Assembly (NCBI GenBank): GCA_030390025.1
Contig: CM059432.1
Coordinates: forward strand, 53,322,001-53,386,000
Reading direction: 5' to 3'
DNA length: 64,000 nucleotides
DNA from: Squalus acanthias
Taxonomy: Eukaryota
The notes under the pieces are model-generated. The model was not told the DNA's origin, did not search any database, and saw nothing but the letters and a program-made list of their open reading frames with translations. The translations under genes and the position numbers were made by a program. Positions 24,825-35,370 of the stretch are shown piece by piece. Every line of letters starts with the position of its first letter. Positions within the stretch are counted from its first letter, which is position 1.

Positions 24825-25117
24825 CTGTTAAAATCTTGACTGCTCCAGACTTTGATTTTCTTTTCAGTTTGGGTGGTGGGTGTCACTACAATGTTCTTAG
24901 TTTTTAAACATAATGTAAAAAAGTTATTACGAAATTAAAATAACTTTTTTTTACATGTGTTCTCACTATTGCTGCCTGACATGAGGGTGTAGGTGAGTCA
25001 CTGCCTCGTAAAGTGTAACATCCATTAATATTGAAAACTCCTATCACAGCACCATCTACAGACATAACTGGTAATACAGGCACTATAGCAGGTTGACCCA
25101 TAGGAGCCCATCCAGAG

Positions 25118-25300
25118 TGGGGCCTGAATCCAACCCTTCTGACTCAGAGGCCAGAATGCTACCACTGAGCCAGTGGTCACTGGGTCCTGACATGAGCATC
25201 CTGCTGAATGTCAACCCAGTATTTAGAGACCATATCCTAGTCTCTACTTGCTAAGGTCATCTGGCATGCCTCAGAGACCGGAATGCTACCACTAAGCCAA
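25118..25300 (-). mobile_element. Two decayed SINE head fragments
   Basis: CTCAGAGGCCAGAATGCTACCACTGAGCC and a second similar copy; both match 23830-23860. Confidence 0.6.
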
Positions 25301-26066
25301 AGGCTCAGTCCCCTCCACAATACTACCATACTGTTAAATCACTCTCCACAGCTACCAAAGCTTAGCACCCATATAACTACTACTAAACACCACAACCACC
25401 ACCCCACCACCCCCGCCCTGACTATTACTAAACTCCATCTACTTACTCCAATCTGCTACGCGTTGCCTACTATTATCCTTAGTATCCACGTCTTTGGAAG
25501 AGATGAATGAAAAAAATACACGAGTAAAGGAGCATATAATAATAATAAGGCCATTTTATACTTTTCACAGAGAAATGGACAGTGATGGAACTTGATTCCC
25601 CACAATAATGGTAGAAATTCCAGCATACCATGTAATAAAAATAGAATTTGATATAGTCACTGAATCAGTGGCTCTGATGGCATAACATCCTATGACTCAT
25701 CATGAGCAATGCTATGGGAGATGTATATATTAAATGATCTGTGTATGGTGCACACTTTTGTAAATGTAAAACTTCCTGTAACAATTTCCTGGCACTTTTT
25801 TGTCATGTTTTTTCTGTCATACCTTTCTGCCAAACCTTGTAGTCATACTTTGCTGATTTGTTCAAAGTACAATAGCAGCAAAAATCAAAACTGAACAGGT
25901 AAGGAGCGTAGAAATTAAAAGCAAGGAAAGTAACAAGAAAACTACCAGTGGGAAAGTACTAAGCATTAATTAAAACAACCAATCCCGGATGACCAGTCCC
26001 GAGACTTCTGAATAAAAGGTAATCCAATCAATTTTTGTTTGCCATTTTTTCTCACTACATTTGTAG

Positions 26067-26185
26067 TCACTGTTTCCTGCATTACAACAGTGACTATACT
26101 TCAAAAGTACTGCATTGGCTGTAAGTGCTTTGGGACATCCTGAGGTTGTGAAAGGTACTGTATAAATACAAATCTTTCTTTCATT
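26067..26185 (+). mobile_element. SacSINE1-like 3' fragment
   Basis: Matches 21377-21490. Confidence 0.8.
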
Positions 26186-26251
26186 CTTTATCTCAGAAAC
26201 TGACATTTTAATCTCCAAAATAAAGACATTTAAAAATAATTGAAAATAACA

Positions 26252-27942
26252 GGCTGGAGCGTTTGCAACCATCTTCAGCCAGAAGTGCCGAGTGGATGAT
26301 CCATATCGGCCTCCTCCTGAGGTCTCCACCATCACAGAAGCCAGTCTTCATGTGATATCAAGAAACAGCTGAGCGCACTGGATACAGAAAAGGCTATGGG
26401 TCCCGACAAAATCCCAGCTGTCGTGCTGAAGACTTGTGCTCCAGAGCTAGCCGTACTTCGAGCCAAGCTGTTCCAGTACAGCTACAACACAGGCATCTAT
26501 CCGACAATGTGGAAAACAGCCTGGGTATGTCTTGTCTAAAAAAAGCAGCACAAATCCAATCCGGCCTATTACCGCCCCATCAATCTACTTGCAATCATCA
26601 GAAAAGTGATGGAAGGTGTCGTCGACAGTGCTATCAAGCGGCAATTGCTCATCAATAACCTGTTCACGGATGCTCAGTTTGGGTTCCGCCAGGACCACTC
26701 GGCTCCAGACCTCATTACAGCCTTGGTCCAAACATGGATAAAAGAGCTGAATTCCAGAGGTGAGAGTGATTGCCCTTGACAACAGGGTAGCATTTGATCA
26801 AGTGTGGCATCAAGGAGCCCTAGTAAAACTGAAGTCAATGGGAATCAGGGAGAAAATTCTCCACTGGCTGGAGTCATACCTAGCACAATGGAAGATGGTT
26901 GTGGTTGTTGGAGGTCAATCATCTCAGCTTCAGGACATCGCTGCAGGAGTCCCTCAGGGAAGTGTTATAGGCCCAACCATCTTCAGCTGCTTCAGCAATG
27001 AACTTCCCTCCATCATAAGGGCAGAAGTGGGGATGTTCGCTGATAATTGCACAGTGTTCCATTCCATTTGCAACTCCTCAGATAATGAAGCAGTCCATGC
27101 TCACATGCAGCAAGCCCTGGACAAAATTCAGGCTTGGGCTGATAAGTGGCAAGTAACATTCACGCTGCACAAGTGCCAGGCAATGACTATCTCCAACAAG
27201 CGAGAATCTAACCACCACCCCTTGACATTCAATGGCATTACTATCGCTGAATCCCCTCACCATCAACATCCTGGGGGTCACCATTGACCAGAAACGTAAC
27301 TGGACCAGCCACATAAATACTGTGGCAACAAGAGCAGGTCAGAGGCTAGGTATTCTGCGGCGTGTGTCTCACCTCCTGACTCCCCAAAGCCTTTCCACCA
27401 TCTACAAGGCACGAGTAAGGAGTGTGATGGAATACTCTCCACTTGCCTGGATGAGTGCAGCTCCAACAACACTCAAGAAGCTCGACACCATCCAGGACAA
27501 AGCAGCCCGCTTGATTGGCACCCCATCGACCACCTTAAACATTCACTCCCTCCACTACCAGCACACCGTGGCTGCAGTGTGTACCATCTACAAGATGCAC
27601 TGCAGCAACTCGCCAAGGCTTCTTCAGCAGCACCTCCCAAATCCATGACCTCTAACACCTAGAAGGACAAGGGCAGCAGGCGCATGGGAACACCACCACC
27701 TGCAAGTTCCCCTCCAAGTCACACACCATCCTGCCTTAGAAGTATATCGCCGATCCTTCATCGTCGCTGGGTCAAAATCCTGGAACTCCCCACCTAACAG
27801 CACTGTGGGAGTAGCTTCACCACACGGACTGCTACGATTCAAGAAGGCGGCTCACCACCACCTTCTCAAGGGCAATTAGGAATGGGCAATAAATGCTGGC
27901 CATACCAGTGACGCCCACACCCCATGAACGAATAATAAAAAA
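26252..27942 (+). mobile_element. CR1-group LINE, 5'-truncated (same family as 15697-17245)
   Basis: RT motifs AFDQVWHQG, GVPQGSVIGP, MFADN; same 3' tail. Confidence 0.95.
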
Positions 27943-28587
27943 TATTAATATATTTACTCAGAACTTTCTTTAGTCTCTTTAACACCTTCATGAAGGGTCT
28001 CAGTTGTAATTTGGATTTGGTCACGTTTCAGATCAACATATTTGTATGTTTCCAACTGATTAAATAACTACCATGAGCTTTCTTATGTTAGCAAATAACC
28101 AGATCCATCTGTGAATCCTAAACCTCATAAACAAGAGAAAATAGCAACAAGACAATGGGTGGAATGTTCCCGTTGCCGTGCGTGCGGCTTTGGAGATGGG
28201 TCGGCTGTAAAAATAGCGGAAATAGGCAGTGCGTCAGGACCGCGCCATCATCCCGCCTGCTCGTGCCTTTATCTCAGACACGTTTCCAAGCGCGCCATGG
28301 ACCCTATCAGCGGAAGTGGGCGACCTAATTCAACTCATTAACTGTTTGTTATCAGACCCTTAAGAGGGTTTTTAGCAGCAGCTTCTGAATTTAACGGTCG
28401 GAGCATGGGAAGCACGCAGCTTGGGAACCTCGCCTGCGAAGGGGAGGCGGAAGCTCAGTGGCCGTTGTGTGAGTGCATTAATTGACAGCTGGGAAAACCA
28501 CATACATACACACACCTTACACCTCATTAGTTGCCTAAGGGACAGTCTCTTGCTGACTCCTTTTTGTGCACAGATGTAGGTTTCTGG

Positions 28588-28654
28588 GGGGGAAATTGGG
28601 TTGCGCCCTGGCGAGTTAGCGCCCCAAAGTGAGCACGACCGAATTTTTCCGCCC
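28588..28654. mobile_element. 67-bp micro-MITE related to family C termini
   Basis: GGGGGAAATTGGGTTGCGCCC...CGAATTTTTCCGCCC flanked by TGG; both halves resemble 54574-54612. Confidence 0.55.
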
Positions 28655-28805
28655 TGGAGTTTGCAGGTCATTTCTGTAAGCTCGGAAGCTACTCTGAGCA
28701 CATTGCTAGTCAGTATTAGAACCACCAGCAGCAACCACAGCACCAGCCTTCTCCTCAACGACCTGATGCTCCACAGGAAAGAGGGGATCAGCACAGGGCT
28801 GCACC

Positions 28806-29279
28806 ATAGAATCATAGAATGAATCATAGAATGGTTACAGCATGGAAGAAGGCCATTTGGCCCATTGGGCCTGTGCTGGCTCTCTGCAAGAGCACTACAG
28901 CTAGTCCCACAGCCCCACCCTTTCCCTGTAGCCCTGCAAATTTCTTTCCTGCAGATACTTATCCAACTCCCTTTTGAAAGCCATGATTCAGTCCGCCTCC
29001 ACCACCCTTTCCGGCAGTACATTCCAGATCTTAACCACTCGCTGCATAAAAAGAGTTTTTTCTTACGTCGCCTTTGGTTCTTTTGCCAATCACCTTAAAT
29101 CTGTGTCCTTTGGTTCTCGACCCTTCTGCCAATGTGAACAGTTTCTCTCTATCTACTTTGTCCAGACCCCTGATGATTTTGAACACCTCTATCAAATCTC
29201 TTCTCAATCTTCTCTGCTCCAAGGAGAACAATCCCAGCTTCTCCAGTCTATCAAAATAACTGAAGTCCCTCATTCCTGG
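28806..29279 (-). mobile_element. CR1 3' fragment inserted in the Harbinger transposase
   Basis: [24 protein letters not shown] and an (ATTCTATG)n-type tail. Confidence 0.95.
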
Positions 29280-30322
29280 AGGCGATACCCCCAACACAGG
29301 GTTTACAGGCAGAGGATGAGCTTCCTCAACATAGCTGAGCTGCAGTGCCCAAGGAGGCTCAGGCTAACGTGTCAGGTCATAGCAAACATTTGCAGCTTAT
29401 TGGAACCAGACCTGCAGCCCAGAGGACCTGGTGGACACGTCTTACCAGTGGCTGTCAAAGTCACCACTGCCCTCCTTCCAGGGTCTGCAGCAGAAATTTG
29501 CAGCATCTCACAGTCGGCCGACCACAGATGCATCGCCCAGGTCACCGATGCCATGTTTAACAAGGCAACCAATTATGTCAACTTTGCCACTGATGAAGTC
29601 AGTGTTACTGAGCGGGTGCTCGGCTTTGCAGCTCTGGCTGGCTTCCCACAGGTGCAGGATGTCATCGACTGCACACATGTGTCCATCATGGCACCCCCAC
29701 ATCACCCAGGAGTGTTTGTGAACCACAAAGGCTTCCACTCCCTCAATGTGCAGCTCGTCTGCAACCATAGGAAGATGATCCTGCATGTGTTCGCCAGATT
29801 TCCTGGCAGCTGTCATGACTCTTTCATGCTGCGCCAATCCACCCTCCCTCAGCTCCTCACAACTCCAAACACACTTACGGGCTGGTTGCTTGGAGACAAG
29901 GGCTATCCACTAAAGACGTGGCTCATGACACCTTTGAGGAGGCCAATTAATGAGGCTGAGGCGTGTTACAATGACAGCCACATGTCTACCAGATGTGACA
30001 CTAAGCAAACAATTGGCATGTTCAAGATGCGCTTCAGATGCCTTGACAGATCAAAGGAGCCCTTCAGTACACACCGGCTAGGGTCTCCAGAATCGTTGTC
30101 GTTTACTGCACATTGCACAACATACTGCAGCAGCGAGGATTGGAGCTGCATGAGGAGCAAGGCGCATATCGCACAGCCTCTTCAGAGGAGGAGGAGGAGC
30201 ATCAGCTGGAAGACGAGGAAGAGGAGGAGGAGCAGGAACCTGAGGTGGAGGTGGCACCAGCAGTGGCGTACATTTCTGCCCAGGAGTCCAGGGATGGCCT
30301 CATCATAGCCAGATTTACTTAA
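29279..30322 (+). pseudogene. Harbinger (HARBI1-like) DDE transposase, inactivated
   Basis: VIDCTHV and LLGDKGYPL are present, but the third catalytic site reads TKQTIG instead of IEQTIG; frameshift near 30055; acidic C-terminal tail. Confidence 0.92.
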
Positions 30323-30618
30323 CTTGCTCCAATCCACCCATATAGTTGCCATGTCCACCCCCCACCCCCCATAACACCATAAAGCATCCCTACAATGACC
30401 AACCCATTCCTTTCATCCAAAGCCCCATAGCTTGAGGTCACTTAATGTCTCAACACTCACTCCAAGTCACAAAACCACTTCCAAGGTAGCAGGCAAAAAT
30501 GGCCAAGACTGGAAAGTAAGTGAAAATAAAGACATTTATATGTTTCATAACAATAACGAAACCTTAACAATAACATTGCTTTATATACCCATGTGCATAC
30601 CGTTGTGCATCTAAGATT

Positions 30619-30928
30619 GGGCAGCACGGTGGCATAGTGGTTAGCACTGTTACCTCACAGCGCCAGGGACCCGGGTTCGAATCCAGCCTCGGGTGACTGT
30701 CTGTGTGGAGTTTGCACATTCTCCCCGTGTCTGCGTGGGTTTCCTCCGGGTGCTCCGGTTTCCTCCCACAGTCCAAAGATGTGCGGGTTAGGTTGATTTG
30801 GCTATGATAAATTGACCCTTAGTGTTAGGGGGATTAAATACGTGGGGTTATGGGGATAGGGTGGGATATGTGTCGGTGTAGGCTCGATGGGCCGAAATGG
30901 CCTCTATCTGCACTGTGGTGATTCTGTG
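30619..30928 (+). mobile_element. HE1-like tRNA-derived V-SINE
   Basis: A box TGGCATAGTGG, B box GGTTCGAATCC, V-domain TGTGTGGAGTTTGCACATTCTCCCCGTG, CR1-type tail, TSD AAGATT. Confidence 0.93.
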
Positions 30929-31024
30929 AAGATTGTTCATTTTTCATTTCAGAGTGCTTCTACGAGGTGCAACCTCTGTAGCTTCAGCAGAGGTAGAGGC
31001 AGGCTGCTCACTTTCCTGCTGCGA

Positions 31025-32800
31025 CTACTTAGACAGTTTTGGCTGACGTCCTCTGGGTTTTGGAGCCTGTGAGAGCCCTGCCAAAGACTGCTCCTCCTGT
31101 GACTGTGCAAGGGCAGACTCAGCCATCGGGATCCAAGGAAGCATGTGGGGCTCTGACTGAGGGGGAGGCAATGGGGGAGAAGTGTAAGCGCTGTAAGAAG
31201 AGCCCCCACTTCCATGTCCCCTCTCACCATCATCCCTCTCATGGGCCACCCGCACTTCCCTGCTAGCAAGGAGCTGGAGAGCACCCTGCTGCACAGCAGT
31301 GGGGCCATGAGTGCCCAAGTCTACGTTTAGATTCCTCCTAGAGAGGAGGTCTATGAGCCTCTGCCATCTGTTCTCCATAGAGAGCATGTGCTCATGTGAG
31401 TGGCGCATTAGCTGCTCCATGCAGGTGGCCATCCTTTCCATGGAAGACCACATCATCGCCATCGCCTGCGAGATGGTGGTGCTCATGTTGGAGATGGACT
31501 CCTCCATTATCTGCACATTTGCAGACATCACGGCTGCAAAACCTGCCAGAGCCTCCTGCATTTCTTACTGCCCCTCCAGAATCACCCTCTTTCTCGATGG
31601 CCCTCGAGGCTGAGCATCTGCATGCAGCTAAGCAAAGCTTGGAGCGTCCTGCACCCTCTGGCGAGAAGTCTCCACACTTGTCCCTGTCAACACCATCTGC
31701 CCTTGCTCACTTGTGAAGTGTGAGACACCAGGTGACAACACTACTCTATTCCGCATAGGACCCACCGAGGTGTGCGCCTCGGTGCTGGCGCTGGGTGCGC
31801 TTGGGTCTGGTGACGGTGCACCCTCAGAGGCTGGAGGCTCCTCTGAGGAGTCGTCTTCCTCCTCCAGCTGGACAGTGGGATGGGGGGCGCGGGCTGGCGG
31901 CTGCTCTTGATGGACCTGTGAGAGAGTAAAGAGATGATTTAGAAATGTTATAGTAAGAATAGGTAACAATACCATTATGCACATGATGAACATTCACTAG
32001 CTGCTGACAGTCACCATATGAGTGACAGCTGTATGCCATGTGGCTGTATGAGATGGAATTCTGTCACCAGGTTGCTGAGAGGTCCTCTCTCTCGCTCTCC
32101 CACCTCCAGCAGCTCTGCAACTCTCGACACCTCCAGAGCCACCTCCTCTGCTGCAGTCAAATCACTAAAGACTGGTGGGCCTCCTCTGGTTCTCTGTCTC
32201 TTCCTGTTGTTGTGGGCTCTTTTCTCCTGCAAGGAGGGAAAGAAAAGAAGTTTGCGTGAGAGTGATGGAATGAGTGTAAGGAATGTATGGGTTACATCTG
32301 TAGAGGGTGACTATGAGGGAGTGGCGTGACATTGCCAAATGGCCTCTTTCTGTGGTGTTACTTGATATGATTGCATTCGGATGAGGGTGAGTGTCAGTGG
32401 TGGTTAGTCAGATGGGGATGTGAGTATGTACATAGAGAGAGAGGGATGGGTGGACCGGCAAGGTATATTGATGTGAGGAATGATGTGCAGGAGTAGGCTT
32501 GGGAAGGCAGAGTGATGGGGATGTGGTGACATGAACATCAGGATGAAGGTGAGTGTGGCATTGCACTTACCTTTCCTGACCTCATCAGATCATTGAATCT
32601 CTTCCTGCACTGGATCCAGGTCCTCCTCTCCCTGCTGCTGACCTCCTCTGCTATTTTGAGCCAGGCCCTTTTAGTCTCTTGGGGAGGTCTTTTGCACCCA
32701 TCTACTGGGATGAGGACCTCCCTGCGTGCTCGTACTGCCTCCACCAGAATATGCAGCGAGGCATCTGTAAACCAGGGTGCAGCCCTCTGCCTTTGGGTAT
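31025..32800 (-). pseudogene. Harbinger Myb/SANT-like gene in three exons (about 32800-32571, 32226-32068, 31915-31025)
   Basis: RAAPWFTDASLHILVEAVRARREVL...WIQCRKRFNDL; canonical GT/AG junctions; in-frame stops in exon 3. Confidence 0.85.
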
Positions 32801-34046
32801 TCAGTTTTTTATGTTCGCAAAATAAATCCAACCTTTACATTGATGCTTACACACTCCTTTACCAACCTTCAAATGACTTGTGTGCAAGGCTGCTTTAAAT
32901 ATGGGCGCTGGAAATGAGTCAGCGATTACATCATCAGATCGGCATCCTTTAATAGTGCCGGGAAACGCGCATGGCTGGCTTAATTGGGGTCATTATGTTA
33001 AAGTCGCACTGAGGAGCGGGCTGATCAACACATCGCGTTCCTGACCCGCTACGCGGCCTGCATGCACCCAACCCGACTCTGAAGTGAAAATTCCAGCCAA
33101 CCTTATTCATATGGTGTCTTTTCTCCAGAGCAAAATTATTATGTTCACCTTCTACTGGAGGGTGGTTAAGACCAAATTAACCTTACTGTTATACTTTTAG
33201 AACATGCACATCATTCTTTTTGTGTTTTTATTCCTGTCAGGTACTCAAAAGTGCTATTTCCTAGCAACTGTAGTGTTAATTCATTACTGTGATTAAAGTG
33301 TCTCTTTCAGGTCAGTTCCCAACAGTACCTTTTTCATACCTTGGATTTATTCCTCTAATTATGAATGCAAGAGCTTGTTGTTATCATATCAGATTGGCAC
33401 AAAAGTGCAACTAACTGAGTTTGGGATGGCCACAAACATTACATATTGAATATCCAAAATAGTTTTACTGATGTTAAATGAAGCAAGTGAGAGGACACAC
33501 AGAGCGCATATTTACCTCATACATCAACAATAATCACTTTATGTAGAATAAGTAAAATGAGAAAGCTATGCTCATTTTACAACATAAATTAGCTTTTATG
33601 GTCTCAGCGATTTCTTTAATGATATTGTTGCTCTAGACAATTACTCATTAACTGTTTATCGCCTTCAAATGGTGCTACTTTAATGGAAAAGTGTTTGGAA
33701 ACTTTTGGGAGGGAGAAGAGGATTGCATCATTGTATGATGTGATTGTATAAAATTGGAAACCAGTTTTTCAAACATGTTACATGAAGGCAGTAGTTCCAT
33801 CTCAAAAGTTTCAAAGCTATTGTGTGCTATTAAATACATGAATATTATCCGACACTTCCTTTATGTACTTGAAATCCAAATAAAGTTGCTAATTTGCTCA
33901 GCTCTTTAGTATCAGTAATAAATACAAGGCAGTCAATTTGCTTTTTTTAAAACCCAAAATGTTTCAACATGCAGTAATAGAAAACAATATTAATCAATTG
34001 AAATTCAGGAAAACAAATGCTGAAAACAGACTATAATACTACAGTA

Positions 34047-34145
34047 AAATAAAAACAGAAAATGCTGGAGACACTCAGCAGGTCAGGCAGCATCTGTGAA
34101 GAGAGAAACAGAGTTAACGTTTCAGGTCGATGACCTTTCGTCAGA
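34047..34145 (-). mobile_element. About 100-bp Penelope-type retroposed insert (hammerhead plus 3' tail)
   Basis: Flanked by ACTATAATACTACAGTA (34030-34046) and ACTATAATACTGTAGTA (34146-34162). Confidence 0.75.
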
Positions 34146-34148
34146 ACT
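34112..34148 (-). ncRNA. Minimal type I hammerhead ribozyme motif
   Basis: AGUU-CUGACGA-A-AGGUC(AUC)GACCU-GAAA-CG-UU-AACU; stem I AGUU/AACU, palindromic ACGU. Confidence 0.8.
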
Positions 34149-34184
34149 ATAATACTGTAGTACAGATGAGTATAATACATTGAT

Positions 34185-34536
34185 TGACAGGATAAATGCT
34201 GACAGATTGTTTCCCCTGGCTGGAGAGTCTAGAACTAGGGGGAATTGTCTCAGGATAAGGGGCCAGCCATTTAAGACCGAGATGAGGAGGAATTTCTTCA
34301 CTCGGAGGGTTGTGAATCTTTGGAATTCTCTGCCCCAAAGTGCTGTGGATGCTCAGTCATTGAGTATATTCAAGGCTGAGGTAGATAGATTTTTGGACTT
34401 CAGAGGAATCAAGGGATATGGGGATAGGGCAGGAAAGTGGAGTTGAGGTCAAAGATCAACCTTGAGCTTATTGAATGGTGGAGCAGGCTCGAGGGGCCGT
34501 ATGGCCTACTCCTGCTTCTATTTCTTATGTTCTTAT
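34185..34536 (+). mobile_element. CR1 3' fragment
   Basis: FKTEMRRNFFTRRVVNLWNSLP and a TTCTTATG tail. Confidence 0.92.
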
Positions 34537-34764
34537 ATTAACCACCAAAAAGCAATGAAACTAACAATGTCATAACTATGTTCTAAGAATTATCGAACTG
34601 TTTGTTGATTATTTTTCTCTGATTTAGCTAATGAAGAATAAAGCACACGCTGCCCAAGGAATATCATTGCTTTGCATTAAGTTGCAGTGACTCCACATTA
34701 TTATCTACACTCTAACCCATGCAAATGTTAGTGAAGACAGGAATTATAAAAACACACTTTCAAC

Positions 34765-34839
34765 CTTGCCTCTATCATCATCAGACGCAGTCCGAGAGAA
34801 AATGGATTGAACGTGCACACCATATCGAATAATGGATAC
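34765..34839 (-). CDS. Candidate host-gene exon C (75 nt)
   Basis: CACTTCCAG acceptor and a weak AAG|GTTGAA donor; CpG-retaining; the phase-2 frame reads YPLFDMVCTFNPFSLGLRLMMIEA. Confidence 0.3.
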
Positions 34840-35370
34840 CTGGAAGTGATGATATGACAGCAATCTTAACAAAAACATTTGGATAATGTCATAAACCAAA
34901 AGAATAAAGCCTTAGGGAACTATTTTGACTTTTGGGCAACTGATTGGCATCCTGTTACGGCGGCGAAGAGGCACCTGCGATTTTGAGGGCCCGGTCTGAT
35001 TTAAATTTACCAGGCAAGTTGCAGGGCGTCAAATGCACATCCTGGTGCAGCTGGCCAGATTGAGGCCTTAACATCAGGCCGGGGTGGCCGCCAGCAGGGT
35101 ATGTTGTGGGAGTGGGTCGTGATCATGAAGGGTGGGGGTCCAGGGGCAACAGCATCCCAGAATATTTATTGACACTTACCTTTGGGGAGCCTCTTTGGTT
35201 CCGTTGCCCATAGAACTGATTGGAGCCTGCATGGCGCACGCTTCGATCAGTTCAAATCAAAAATGGTAATCGGGTTCCTAGTTATGCCTGAAACAGGCGA
35301 GCGCTTTGGACACCCAGCAGTAGGTCCTTTCAAAAAGGAGCCGGCCGCATCACCGGTGTTAACGGAGCAG

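Larger units (their letters stand above)
28157..33098. mobile_element. Near full-length PIF/Harbinger transposon with nested insertions
   Basis: TIRs GGGTGGAATGTTC / GAAAATTCCAGCC with AAT/AAC flanks; convergent transposase (+) and Myb gene (-). Confidence 0.85.

Noticed and set aside
24290..24907. Duplicated small ORFs (GRTNEGQRHD...)
   Set aside because: They are translations of the two LTRs.
28974..30308. 444-aa ORF as an intact HARBI1-like gene
   Set aside because: The first 100 or so codons are antisense CR1, the catalytic Glu is lost and the C-terminus is frameshifted.
30619..30690. tRNA gene
   Set aside because: The A/B boxes run straight into SINE body and tail sequence with a TSD.
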